DNA from: Parasitella parasitica NRRL 2501
Lineage: Eukaryota > Fungi > Mucoromycota
NCBI GenBank assembly: GCA_025201805.1
Contig: MU619249.1
Location: 1-64,000, forward strand
Direction: 5' to 3'
Length of the DNA: 64,000 nucleotides
The stretch's first letter is position 1; each line of letters opens with the position of its first letter. Position numbers and translations under genes: made by a program. The notes beneath the pieces are model-generated. The model was not told where the DNA came from and searched no databases. It worked only from the letters and a program-made list of their open reading frames with translations. Positions 52,300 to 64,000 of the stretch are shown here, in pieces.

Positions 52300-55260
52300 A
52301 TGTCTGGTAAGATAGATGATACAAGTTTTAATTGATAGAGAGATACTCACATGTAGACAGTAAATACAGCAATCGCACACCACCGTTATGTAAAAGCCAG
52401 AGATGACGAAATTTCCTTTGAAAAGGGTGAAGTTATCGAAGTGACAGATTCTTCTGATCCAGACTGGTGGGTTGGCAAAAAGAAGGACAACTCTGTGGGT
52501 TTCTTTCCTAGCAACGTAAGCCAAGATGGACTTGCACAGCCAAGCTTTAAAATAATAATGCGATTTTAGTTTGTTGATGTTCAAGGTGATAATGACGTGG
52601 ATGATGAGAGGTCCAAGCTGAAGCAAGAAAATCAAGAAATTATTGAAGATAAAGAAGACAATCAAGCTGAAGAGATTGATACTGCCAAGCCTTCTGATGA
52701 AGATACTACTGTTGACACGGAGGCTCAGGAGCCATCTCCTGAAGAAAAGAAGGGTATTAGACATAAAATGCCTTAGCTATTATGGAAATCTTATATTGGG
52801 GTTTATTCTACTTAGTTGATCAAGTCATCGGTATGGCAAGAGTTATGGAAGATTATGCATCACAGGAAGCTGGAGAAATTTCCCTTCCACGTGGTGGAAT
52901 TATTAATGTTTATGAAGTCATTGATAACGAATGGTCAAGAGGTGAATTGAATGGCAAAGTTGGAAGATATCCCTCAAAGGTAAACTGGACTATGAGACAT
53001 CAATTTGAACAGGAAAAAAAAAACTGAACATTAAAATCTTAGTATTGCGAAGATATTGATATGCCTGGTCGCCCTGACCTTGGCAGACAGGTAAGCGTTG
53101 GATCTCCCGAAGGTAATAAATCCACCCCTAGTGATGAAGATGGATCTGCCCGTAAGTGTTTTATATCAAATGAATGGTTGAATTTTTCGTTAACTCTTTC
53201 GCTTTTGTTAATATGATAGCTAAAGGTGGCTTCAAACTGGCTGCTTATGGTGTCAAACAAGGTGGCATTGGTAGCCTATTAGCTGGTGGCTTCCCTAGCT
53301 TGAGAAAGACAGCAGGTGAGCCCAAGAAGCCCGAATCTGAGGCCAAAAAAGAGGTAGCTACTGAGGAGCCTAAATCTGCATCGATAGCCGAAACGGTCTC
53401 TCCTACTTCCTTCGTTCCCTCTGTTCCCGCTTTCACTGCTTCTGAGGATACGCCTGAAAGCCCCAAGATAGAGGAGAAAAAGGAAGAAAAACCTCGTAAG
53501 TGTATAGTTTTCTATATCTTACAAATTGTCTAACTCACTATTACCCAGTCGGAAAGGCAATTGTATTGCATCGATATGATGCTGATAATGAAGGTGAGGT
53601 TTTATACCAACATTGACATTGCATTGGTAGTAACTCTGATATAGACGAGTTAAACCTCTTAAGAGGAGAATACGTCGAAATTCTTCAACGTAATGCAGAC
53701 GATGAATGGTGGAAAGGGAAGAATGAGAGAGGAGAATGCGGCGTGTTCCCATCCAACTTTGTTAAAGAATTGGAAGAAGATAGTTTTGCTCCTCCCACGC
53801 CTAGTCGATCTCGACGATCTGTCAACACCTCCAGCGTATCTACTGCCTCTAAATCGAGTCCCATCATGGCTAAACCTCCTCAGGTTCCTCGCCCTTCTTC
53901 TGTGCAAACACCTAGTTCTACAAGTCCTGTCACATTAAAACCAAGACCTTCATCAGTTCAAGTATCTTCACTTAGTTCTGCACCTTTAGCGATGCCATCA
54001 ATGCGTTTCACACCACCTATTACTCAAGCAACTTCTATTCCTATTACCGAAGAAACTGAGCAGTCCATCAGGGAAGAGGAACAATACGACGCTGATGAAG
54101 AAAAGCCTACATCCCCTCTTACTAGATCAGAAGTAGAAGAATCACCAGCTTTCACCCCAATCGCTGCTGAACGCGGATTACCTGCCGCCAATACTGCTGA
54201 AAAAGAGGAAGAACAAGCTCAGTCGCCCGTTGTAGACGAAGAAGATCCCATCACAGATCAGGAAGAAAAAGAATCTGGCGTAGACGAGACGCCATTTATG
54301 AGGGAAGAGGATAAAACTGAGCATTCTACTACTGAGATACCCTCTGCTATGAAGGTTGAGGATCCTGTGTCCATATCAGGAGATAGTGATCAAATCAGTA
54401 CCGCTCCTACAGAGGTTCCAGGCGAGGCTGAACTCGAAAGGAAGGATTCTGTTAGAGCCCGGGACGAAACTAAAGACGAGCTCGAGGACGCATCTGAAGA
54501 AGCCAATGTCAATAGTCTTGATCAAAAGCCTATTGCCATTGAGGGAGACAAGGAAAGTGCTACTGAATCTATTGAGAAAATAGATAACAGTCAAGACTCA
54601 ACTACCAATCAAGCCAAAGAAGAAACAGTTGCTGAAGTTGCTGAAGTTGCTGAAGAGGAACACAGTGAGTTTGATAATATACCATCTGGACCAAAATTGA
54701 TATCACCTACTCGTGCTCGTCTGGGAGGCAGAGCGCGCAGATCGCCTCAGGCTCCTAGTAATGAACCTAGTCAAATGGAGACCCTGCAAAAGGAATTAGA
54801 AGCCGAAGAGAAAGAGGAAGAGATCAAAAAGCCCACTGTTCCTGAAAAACCAGCAAAGCCTATCAAACCCATTTTTGCCAAATTCCCCACGCCTTTTGCA
54901 GCAGAAGCTGCTGATGAGATTTCCAAGCGCAATTTAAAACCAACCGCAGCTCGGCGTTTATGGGATGAGACTCCCGCAGATGATAAACCATCAAGCAGTG
55001 CGGCTACTAATGCGGAAGAAGAAACAGCACCTATCCGCCCTTCTGGGGTTAAGAACATTGCATCTCGTTTCAACTTTAATGGAGGCGGCAGTGGTGGTAA
55101 TGAAGTTCTCGAAACCAAGTTGAAAAACCATACCAAAAATGAAGTGGAAAAGGTTCGTAAGGAATTCGAGTTGTTATTACAAAAAGAGCGTGAAAAGCGC
55201 ACTCAATTGGAGATCACAGTTGCCGAGTTGATCGAAAAAGTTAAATCTTTGGAGAATTGA
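52300..55260 (+). CDS. Triple-SH3 adaptor with Pro/Ser-rich and acidic regions and a C-terminal coiled coil (CD2AP/CIN85-like)
   Basis: SH3-1 DEISFEKGE..DWWVG..GFFPSNFV, SH3-2 GEISLPRGG..EWSRG..GRYPSKY, SH3-3 DELNLLRGE..EWWKG..GVFPSNFV; terminal heptad repeats. Confidence 0.85.
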
Positions 55261-55367
55261 ATGGATTGAAATGCTACAAAAGACATTTCACTATATTTTA
55301 TTATATTTGATATATCATATATAAAACTAAATTGAAAAAATGGTGGAAATTGATTGAAATCTTTGAT

Positions 55368-56428
55368 TTATTTCTTGGAAGCAAGTGCTCTTCTCTTGTC
55401 ATCCTCTTGCTGTTGTTGTCTGGAAGAAGCTGGATCTGCCCAGTATCCATGTGGCTGTTGTTGTTGTTGTTGTTGGACAGGGTGCTGCATATATTGTTGC
55501 TGTTGATTTCCATAATAACCTGAGCCTGGCATTTGACCGTAGGGTGATTGTTGTTGCTGCTGTTGAGGGGATTGCTGTGGCTGTGGCTGGGGCTGCTGTT
55601 GTTGATGATATGCCGGATTCATGTAATTTGGATGGCCACCATAAGCTGTACTCATAGGAGGCATCACATGAGATCCACTTGATGAGGCAGTGCTGTAAGG
55701 CTGCGGTTGATAAGATCCATTGTTATTACTGCCGTAGCTGGGTGTTGCTGCAGACCCCGCAGTGGTCGTAGCAATTGTTTGTGAAACAGGTTCAGTCTTT
55801 GCTTCAACCTTTTCGATTTGTTGACTACTGGCAGCGTTTCTAGGCGGATTGTATACAGAATCATTGTCCTGTATTATTAACGTTATTACGCATATCCATT
55901 TTTCAAATACTACTATTGTACAAACATTTGACTCGCCTTGAGCTGCATCTGGCGCGTTTAAGCAAGCTTGAATAAGATTCTTTCCTTCTGGTTTAGTTAC
56001 GATAGGCTGTAATTTGACAGTGGTAAATGTGTACACTAAGCCAGTTTCAGACACAACTAAAAGCAAAACCTGTGTACCTGTTAATGTACTCAACTCGTAT
56101 GCCTACAGAATATGAGTAAAGTTAAGGCCCAAGCTTCTGTATAATTGTATTTCTAATATATTTTCACACACATAAAAAATTTTCCTCCAAGACTAAAAAA
56201 ACGAAAAAAAAGAAAACAAGGATGTGTTCTTACCTTCTTCATGATACCAGCTTTGCGTTTCGAGAAAGTAATGTGTCTACGGTTTTTATCTTCAATGTAT
56301 TCAATCTTGATCTTTCTTCTGCCCGAGCGTCTTGAAGGTTTTACATCTGAATCTTCCCCCGAGATGTTGTCTTGGTCGTTTATATTTTCGATAATGGGCT
56401 CATCAGTGGATAATTGATTTGGATTCAT
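55368..56428 (-). CDS. MCM1: SRF-type MADS-box transcription factor Mcm1
   Basis: GRRKIKIEYIEDKNRRHITFSKRKAGIMKKAYELSTLTGTQVLLLVVSETGLVYTF..EGKNLIQACLN; Gln-rich C-terminus. Confidence 0.95.
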
Positions 56429-59003
56429 GCTGAACTATTGTCGTAAGGTATTTTTCTTATAATCCAATTAGGGTAATTTTGTAAAGTAGCAAGAGGGTTA
56501 CCAAATAGAGAAAACCAAGTTCTTTTTTGTATAGAAAAAAGATATATAAAGAAAACCTCGAAAAGCAAAAGTTGAGAAAGAGCCCTTTCTGTATGTTTAA
56601 TTGGGTATCTTTTGGCTTCACGTCATTTGCGGTTATGTGAATGCCATCTGATGATTTGGTGAGCTTTTGTCGTCTGCATGACGTGTACAAAACTATAAAT
56701 AAGGCTCAACAGGAGAGCTGTATAGTAGTTTTTGATCAGGAGAAACCTTTGCATTTCACCGAGAAGAGCAATTTTCTCGATATGGTGTGCAGTAGGGCAT
56801 ACATTAAATAGTATCGTAACTGTATTTGTTTAGGTGAAGTCAACAGAATCAACTCAGTTTTTGGTCGTGAGGTCCAAAATTGAATATTTCGCATGCAGAT
56901 TCAGTTTCAAGGTTAACATTGCATGCTAATATACAAAGAAAACAAAGCATCTTTGATTACCGTAATAATGGCATTTTATTTGAAAACTATTTCGAAGCAT
57001 GCTCAGGCTAGCCTTGATATTTTATTTTTGAGACCTGCCTCTATGTTGACATTGTAAAGATTTGATATATCTCTCAAGTTAAAATATGATGAACTTCAAG
57101 TGAGAGGCTTATACAGAAGTATGTGCTGATCATAATTGTCCAGATAAAGAAATTGAAGAGTGCCTTGCAACTGCCAATAAAAGCAAAGCTCAATCTTTCC
57201 CAAAAATAAAGCTACTTAAACGATCAATACTTCAAATGATGGGTAAGTTTTTTTTAATATGGAAAAGTAATGTAGCTTTAGACATTATCACAAAATGCTT
57301 GACTTTTTAAAGGAAACCTCACGCTACATTTTTGCAAATGAAAAACGATTCATAGAAAAATATGGAGTTGTATTTTCAGATTAGAAATTTACGTTTTCTT
57401 GAGATGATTGTCATCGGCGTTATCAATATTTTGTTTTTTGAAGACCTAAGCTCATTCTGATGTGTTGGTGTGCAAAGGCAGCAGCAGGAGATGTCAATCC
57501 ATTCCGAAGATTGGTTTTATAAACATGGTCTAATTATAGCTCGTCGGTTCTTTGGAAAATACGGCCCAGCATTATCAAGGTTTGTGAATTAACATATGAG
57601 GTAAAAATTGCGGAATAAAAATCAATCGTACAAATTAAATTAAAGCATTTGTGTCCATTTGATCTTGTGGTTTAGCATTTTATAAACGACAGACGATGAA
57701 AATGCCAAACTTTAAATTCATAAACCGCAAATCAGGTTCATAAAGATTGTTATGGTATATAAATCAACACAATAAACAAGGCTGTTTCAAAAGAAGGCTC
57801 AAATGTTTTGTTGAAAAGTTAAAAAGCCATTCTGCTGGGATGGTGGTGACACTCATGTGTATGTAGATCATTTCACACTGATTTTAGCGCATGATAATCA
57901 CAATTGATTAGTGGAAATTGGGCGTATTTTAACTGGGATTGGATAAGTTTGAATGTATTTGGTTTGCACAAATAGCTCGCTGTGGAGACACTCAAAAAAC
58001 CCTGTGTTGTGGGCTCTAGTGGCAAGTATCTCCGCGTTCTACATTTTTCTCAGTTAGTTGTGTGTAACTGAGTGTTGATCTGCCGCAATTATATACTGAA
58101 ACAAGCATTGCACGTCCAAGAGTATATAACCTTTTTAACTAAACTAAGGCTCTATATTGAACTACAATGCTTGGGATACAAAGATACATATAGATAATGT
58201 TTCGATTAAATTGAAAATGGGGTTTTCTTTGTTTAGCAGGTCAAGGTGCCTCTTGTCTACTAAACGCGCTACTTTTAATATGTAAACAAATACACAAGTC
58301 TTAATCGGTCTCAAAAAAAAACTCTATCGATCGATTCAGGATATTTTATGATAAACTTGCTTTAAAAGAAAGTATGGCAATAAACATCTCTTGTTGATGT
58401 TTTTACATCCTTCTGATTCCATTTGCCGCGACTAAGCTGCCTAATCTGTATGAGGAGTAGAAAGGAAAAAAGTGGAGAAGGAAATGAAGTCCCTCATTGG
58501 TCAAGTATGTGGATGTAACAGCCTGAATCCCCCTTCCTTTCATCCAAACCATCGGGAAATGTTCATTTAAATAAATGCACGCTCCCACGCAATGGAACTG
58601 ATTTATGGTAAGGGAATCTTAATTTGTCGACTAGTTGTGTAACTCGTATAGATAGTCAAAATCACAGCAATTGTCTCTTTAATATGTTAAAGTGATGAAG
58701 ATCACTTTTTTTTTTTGGAAACGCACACCAGTCCGAAACATTTTTTAAAAAAAAGAGAAAATTTGGAAGAATTGCACATAGCTTTAAAAAAAATAGCCTC
58801 GAAATACACCAAGATCAACATTCAAGTGAAAAATAAAAACCTTCTATTTACATTTACTAGACAGGGTCTTTTTTTTTTTTCTTTTTTTTAAAAAAAAAGA
58901 AAAGGTCTAAATAGAACAAACCTTGTGAATGAGTATATAATTTTTTGTATCTACATTGGAAATCAACAAGGGTAAAAAAAAAAGCCAATTTCATTTTTGG
59001 TTA

Positions 59004-60589
59004 CTATGGTCGTCTTATTGCGTTTGTTGGTGGAGTAAAAGAAGTAGTGGTAGATGGCAACGGAGAGGGTAATTGTCCTCGGTTATGAAGCCATGGAGAA
59101 GAAGAATTAGACGTGGTAGTGGAAGTCGAAGTAGTAGATGATGATGTGGGCATTTGAATGGGTTGTTTAATTTTATCAACTGTGTCGTTTTTTACATGAT
59201 GAGATGGCATGGGTAGAGGTAGCACTCTTGTAGTGAATAATCTGCTTTTGTCCTCTGTTGGATTAAGAGGAAAAGACGATTTTTCGTCATGGTTACTGGA
59301 TAACAAATTTTGCATTGACATTGGAGAAGGTCGAAATATTTCCTTTGGTGAGGGTAAAGTGGGCCTTGAATCGAATGGTTTATTGTATTCAAACCTGCAT
59401 TCAATTCGCTGAGGTTCAGGCAAAGGGGAAGGTGATCTAGCGTAGAATGCAGAGGAAGAAGGATAAGATGGATGCTGTTGTTGACCTGAGTATTGTATTA
59501 GTGGTGGCACTTGGGATAGCTGTTGGTATTGAGATTGCCTCCGGTTTGAGTGTGGCTGTGGTCGAGGCATTGGACTATCTTGTAAAGAACAATCATCTTC
59601 ATCTGATTCATAATCTTCTTGACGTTTACGTCGTTTTCCAGAAGTACTTTTATAACGTGAGTCATTGGTAATATGTTATAAATGGATTATTACCTTGTGC
59701 TGGATGACGAGCTTCTTGGTTCTTTTCTAATTCTGATCCGTACCCCTTGATCCGAAAAAGACCTAGTCAGAAAGGTTGATTCTATAATCAAATAAACGTT
59801 TAAGATGAAATATTATTTTATGATGTATTAGCCATCCTACCTGACATTCCGGGAAAACCTAATAAAAACAAATATGTTGGATAATGACAGATCAAATCAA
59901 TGTTTTTATACATACTTTTGGGGGAATATACTTGGAATACGTCAGATACAATGGAACAAAGGCGATTTACAAAACAACCTTCTATTTCATACAGAGTAAA
60001 TTTTAATCTATAATAACCCTCTAGGCGAACACTGATGTCAGAGAAGATAAAAAAACCGCCATCTAGAATGGGTTGTCAGAAAACATGGTTATAATAAGTG
60101 GTGAAAAAAAAAGATGAGCACGAACCTGTATTGTCATGATCTTTCAATTTATGTAGAGACTGTACAACAGTTCCAGCAGTGGTTCTATTACCATTGACAA
60201 AATGTAAATCTGTTTCTCCACGTCCATCGGTCAATGTGGCGTATAGGAAAAAATAAGGATTTTGAAGGTATTCATCACTAATACTAAAATTAAATTTGTG
60301 TCTTAATTTGGTGCAATTGTACTTACTCTTGCTGGTTACTTAATAGTTGAATAATAGGAGGAGGATCAATTGGCCTTCTATCCACTACATCAAAGAACTT
60401 TTCGTTTGTTTGTTTGATTTGGCATGGGCACAATGGTCATACCTTTTTCTTTAAAACTACATAATCTTGCTTTTGATGGTTGCTGACGCACGGCGAGATG
60501 AAATCTTGATGAATTTAAAGTGAATTATGTTAGGATATATTTTTCTTTTTTTGTCTTGCTATTGCTTACAATGATGAACGTGTATTCAT
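59004..60589 (-). CDS. Velvet-domain regulator (VosA/VelC-like), multi-exon; velvet domain not in the ORF track
   Basis: Spliced minus strand reads LAVRQQPSKARLCSFKEKVDRRPIDPPPIIQL, AGTVVQSLHKLKD, GGFFIFSDISVRLEGYYRLKFTLYEI and [32 protein letters not shown], followed by a P/S/Q-rich tail. Confidence 0.9.
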
Positions 60590-61776
60590 GATTGCTGGCG
60601 TTTTGCTGACTTTCTCTTAAATGTTGATGTTTATGATTTTTTAATAAATATAATTCTGTCAGGATTTGGAAATTTATATACAAAAAAATAAGCAGAAATC
60701 AAGAATGATGAAAGAAATGCTTGTTTGTTATATTATTCAATATAAGAAATAGAAAAATATAATAATATAAAAGAAGACTACAGCATGGAATGTCTAAATT
60801 AGGCAAAAAATGAGTAATGTAGATATGTTTAAAAAAAAAATAGAAAAAGCGAGGGAAAACAAAAAGAAGAGGAGAAAGAAAGAAAGAAGAAAAGAAAAAA
60901 GAAATAGGTTTATAATTTAGGTTTTTTTTTGTCAACTTTTTATTCTAATTTTATAACACCAAAAAAAAATCTTATTGTCACAAAGCTTTCTTTTGTTTCT
61001 GTTCCCCTTTTTTCCTTTCTTCCTCCTTCTGATTTCAGTTTCAAATCATTTTAATGAAGGGAACCCCGAGTTCCAGGATAAAAGAATGCGTTAAGCCAAT
61101 CAAACAATCATTATACAGCTGGATGCTGCAGACGATACATAATACAACATCCGCAGCTCCATCCATTATTATAACATTGATCCGTGCCTTGTTTCATTCA
61201 CCAATATCGTAACACATATCCCTGTACCATTATTTCCACTTTTTCCAATTATTTTCATGATAAACCACCTATTTACATTTTACACAGTTATCAGATCAAT
61301 TAATATATGAGTAGATCGTACACATGTAGTTGCCATGGAGATTGCTTTTTCCTAACAACAAATGGAGCTTAACTCCGAAATGGCGGGGGGAGGGGGAGGA
61401 ACCATGGCAATGGATCCTGCTATTTACATCGCTGTTTGAAGACTCCTTGTTTCTGTGCAGGCCATGCTTAGCCTTTCTAGAATAAAGCGAAACATCGAAG
61501 CGCAGATGTCTTAAAATTGCTTTTCAAGCTTCAACAGATCATTTCGATATAAATCCTGAAAACACAAGAAAGTGATTGCAGTAATACATAAAAATAATCT
61601 TTTGAAATCGGAGATCTATCAAATGTTAATATGACCATATAAGTTGCGATAAGCTTAGCATTCAAGCAAGACGTAATGAGAAATTGCCTTGTAAATGTAA
61701 CGTTTAAATAACCTATATAGAACAACAAAAAATAAAAACCATGTTGTCGGTACAAACAACAAAAAAGGGGTATTGC

Positions 61777-61828
61777 AAATCATTGGTAAAATAAAAAGAA
61801 ATCATTGGTAAAATAAAAAGAAATCATT
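61777..61828. repeat. 22-bp tandem duplication (2.4 copies)
   Basis: AAATCATTGGTAAAATAAAAAG twice, plus AAATCATT. Confidence 0.9.
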
Positions 61829-62334
61829 TGGAAATTTGTAATAAAATTCAGGGTAAGATTTGAATCGTTTTACGTTTCACCAAATGCTAGCGTTGTTAAC
61901 AAAAATATTTCACTTAAGCGCCCATTAAACTTGAAATAACTTATTGCTTTATTAAGTCAATAAATATTCACACCAGATGTATCACCACATATATCGTGCA
62001 ACAACATAAATTACTTACAAAAAAAAACTTTTGTTTCAGGTTTATTTAGTTAGTATGTTATATTAGAGTTGAAAGTTTCACTACTAGGTTACGTGCATAA
62101 GGAAATAAGTAACAGGAGGGAGACGGATCTATTTCCAAGATGTTATGTGACACATTTCCTGCTACTGGCAAGTATCCAGGACCTGAATTGTGGATAGTAT
62201 TGATGTACCCAGTAAATGGGATGGAGACGTCATCTATTTTGAAGAACATGAATTATTTGTTAAACAAAAACTATGATATGGCTCATTTTTCCTCTTTCTT
62301 TCTTATTCAAATATAGTTTTAGATTTCTCTAAAA

Positions 62335-63300
62335 ATGGCTTTTTCTCCTTCTGAATTTAAGCCTTTCAAGGTAAGATAATTGTGCATTGCCTATCTAAAT
62401 ATTCACATTTTGTGGTTGCCTAGCTTGAAAAAGTTGAACGCGTTAATCACAATGTCAGTCTCTTCCGTTTCAAGTTTCCCAATGATACACACGTAGCAGG
62501 TTTACCTGTTACCTCGTGTGTTGTTTTCCGTGCTCTAATCACAAAAGACGGCAAAACTCAAGAAGTCATTCGTCCTTACACTCCTACCTCTCCTGAGAGC
62601 AGCAAAGGCTATGTTGACTTTGTTATCAAAGATTATCCTCAAGGTGTCATGAGTAGGCATGTTCATTCTATGAAGGTAGGCGATACTATTGATATAAAAG
62701 GTCCTTTTGAAAAATGGAATTGGGAAACGAATCCTGTTGCTGAGGTTGGCATGATTGCCGGTATGTATTTGTAAATAATTAATTTAGATGACTTGGTATT
62801 TAATCACTTTCTTTTTCTTCAATAGGTGGTACCGGTATTACACCTATGGTAAAATAACTATAGAAATGGTGTGATTTGTGTACTAGATTATTAATCTTTT
62901 TTATCAATAGCTTCAATTATTACGCAGAGTATTTGATAGCAAATCCACTGATATGACTTCCAAATTCACTTTAATTTTTGGTAACATCGCCGAGGAAGAT
63001 ATTCTGTTCAAGAAGGAATTAGATGAGCTTGAAAAGAACCATTCGAATAACTTCAAGGTTCATTACGTTTTGGAAAAGCCTGCTGCTGGCTGGACTGGTA
63101 GTACTGGCTATGTTACTCTAGAACTGATTGAGAAATACATGCCCAAGCCTAATGCCGAATCCTCCGTTGTTTTTGTCTGTGGCCCTACTCCTTTGATGGA
63201 AGTTGTTAGTGGCGACAAGAATCCGGATAAGAGCCAAGGTCCTTTGGGAGGGTTTTTGTTGAATTTAGGCTACACCAAAGACTATGTTTATAAATTTTAA
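62335..63300 (+). CDS. NADH-cytochrome b5 reductase (Mcr1-like), multi-exon
   Basis: IRPYTP, GVMSRHVH, KGP, MIAGGTGITPMLQ, FVCGP, DKSQG..GY and terminal VYKF. Confidence 0.92.
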
Positions 63301-64000
63301 TGTATAATAAACGTTGGTACGCATTTTGCTACGAGTTACGGTCGTAAAACTCTCTACACGTCAATTTTATATTATAATCTCCAAAAATTCAGGTGCACCA
63401 CTGTCGGTGGTTTATTACATTATTTGACCCGATTTTTGCGTGAAGTACCTTGATGCATTGGTAACCATTTAAATCCAGTAGTCTGGATCATACATCAAAT
63501 TGTTTTTACAGATTGAACATCCAAGCAAAATGCAAGCTGTAATCAACATTGAGGAATAATTTATAAATATATTTTATATCATTATTATTATATCGAACTA
63601 TATTGTGATTGTTTATGGGATTGTACAATGATAATAAATAATAGGCAAAGGAAACAGCAAGACTTTTTTCACGAATATAGTATGCAAAGAGTTGGGTATA
63701 CTTTTTTTTTTGTCTGTAGGGTGTTGATTGAATATATAGCTAGAATTTGTAACCACATTTTTTCATTTTCATGGCAATTTTTGGTGGAAGGCTACAAAGT
63801 TTCTTTTTGGGTCGATCTTGCTGTTGTTCATCGGAATACCCAATATCCAAGGTAAATGTCAGGACTTTATCACTTAACGGGCTAAAATCTCTTTTGATAA
63901 TACCCACAATATCGTCAAACGGGATAAAGAATAATGGGCGTTGAATAAAAAGAGATTTGTCTTGATGAATCATGCCACTTAAAGTAGACCACAATTTAGC

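Noticed and set aside
57080-57135. C/D box snoRNA (ATGATGA...CTGA)
   Set aside because: Too short, no terminal stem or recognisable rRNA guide, and such motifs occur by chance in AT-rich DNA.
61329-61342. Second X-box-like site GTTGCCATGGAGAT upstream of the velvet gene
   Set aside because: Imperfect right half-site and no supporting context.

Overview
Eukaryotic, AT-rich, intron-dense fungal DNA. Gene content and transposon types point to Mucorales/Mucoromycota; this is inferred, not verified. Bases 1-10,008 are a nested transposon pile. An inverted LTR is interrupted by a decayed L1/Tx1-like LINE (ORF1 plus APE-RT-zf ORF2). That LINE carries a DD34E Tc1/IS630-like element and a solo LTR with a GCTTG TSD, and a second Tc1-like element sits in the inverted LTR. 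From about 11.4 kb onward the window is gene-rich: ASH2/BRE2, lysyl-tRNA synthetase, a PPR protein, a Cdc11-type septin, Rab6/Ypt6, a bacterial-type GNAT, carnitine acetyltransferase, pyruvate dehydrogenase kinase, GPI16/PIG-T, a double Zn2Cys6 transcription factor, an F-box protein, a giant PARP, mitochondrial ThrRS, a triple-SH3 CD2AP/CIN85-like adaptor, MCM1, a velvet-domain gene and NADH-cytochrome b5 reductase. The main candidate novelty is the ~10.5 kb PARP gene (39077-49542). Its architecture is chromo-like domain, long ankyrin array, WGR, PARP regulatory domain, H-Y-E catalytic domain, then a CHFR-like Cys-rich domain with a PBZ finger and an acidic tail. This fuses a PAR writer to a PAR reader, and a perfect palindromic RFX X-box lies just upstream. 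Exon boundaries were read by eye, and homology calls come from motif recognition rather than database searches.
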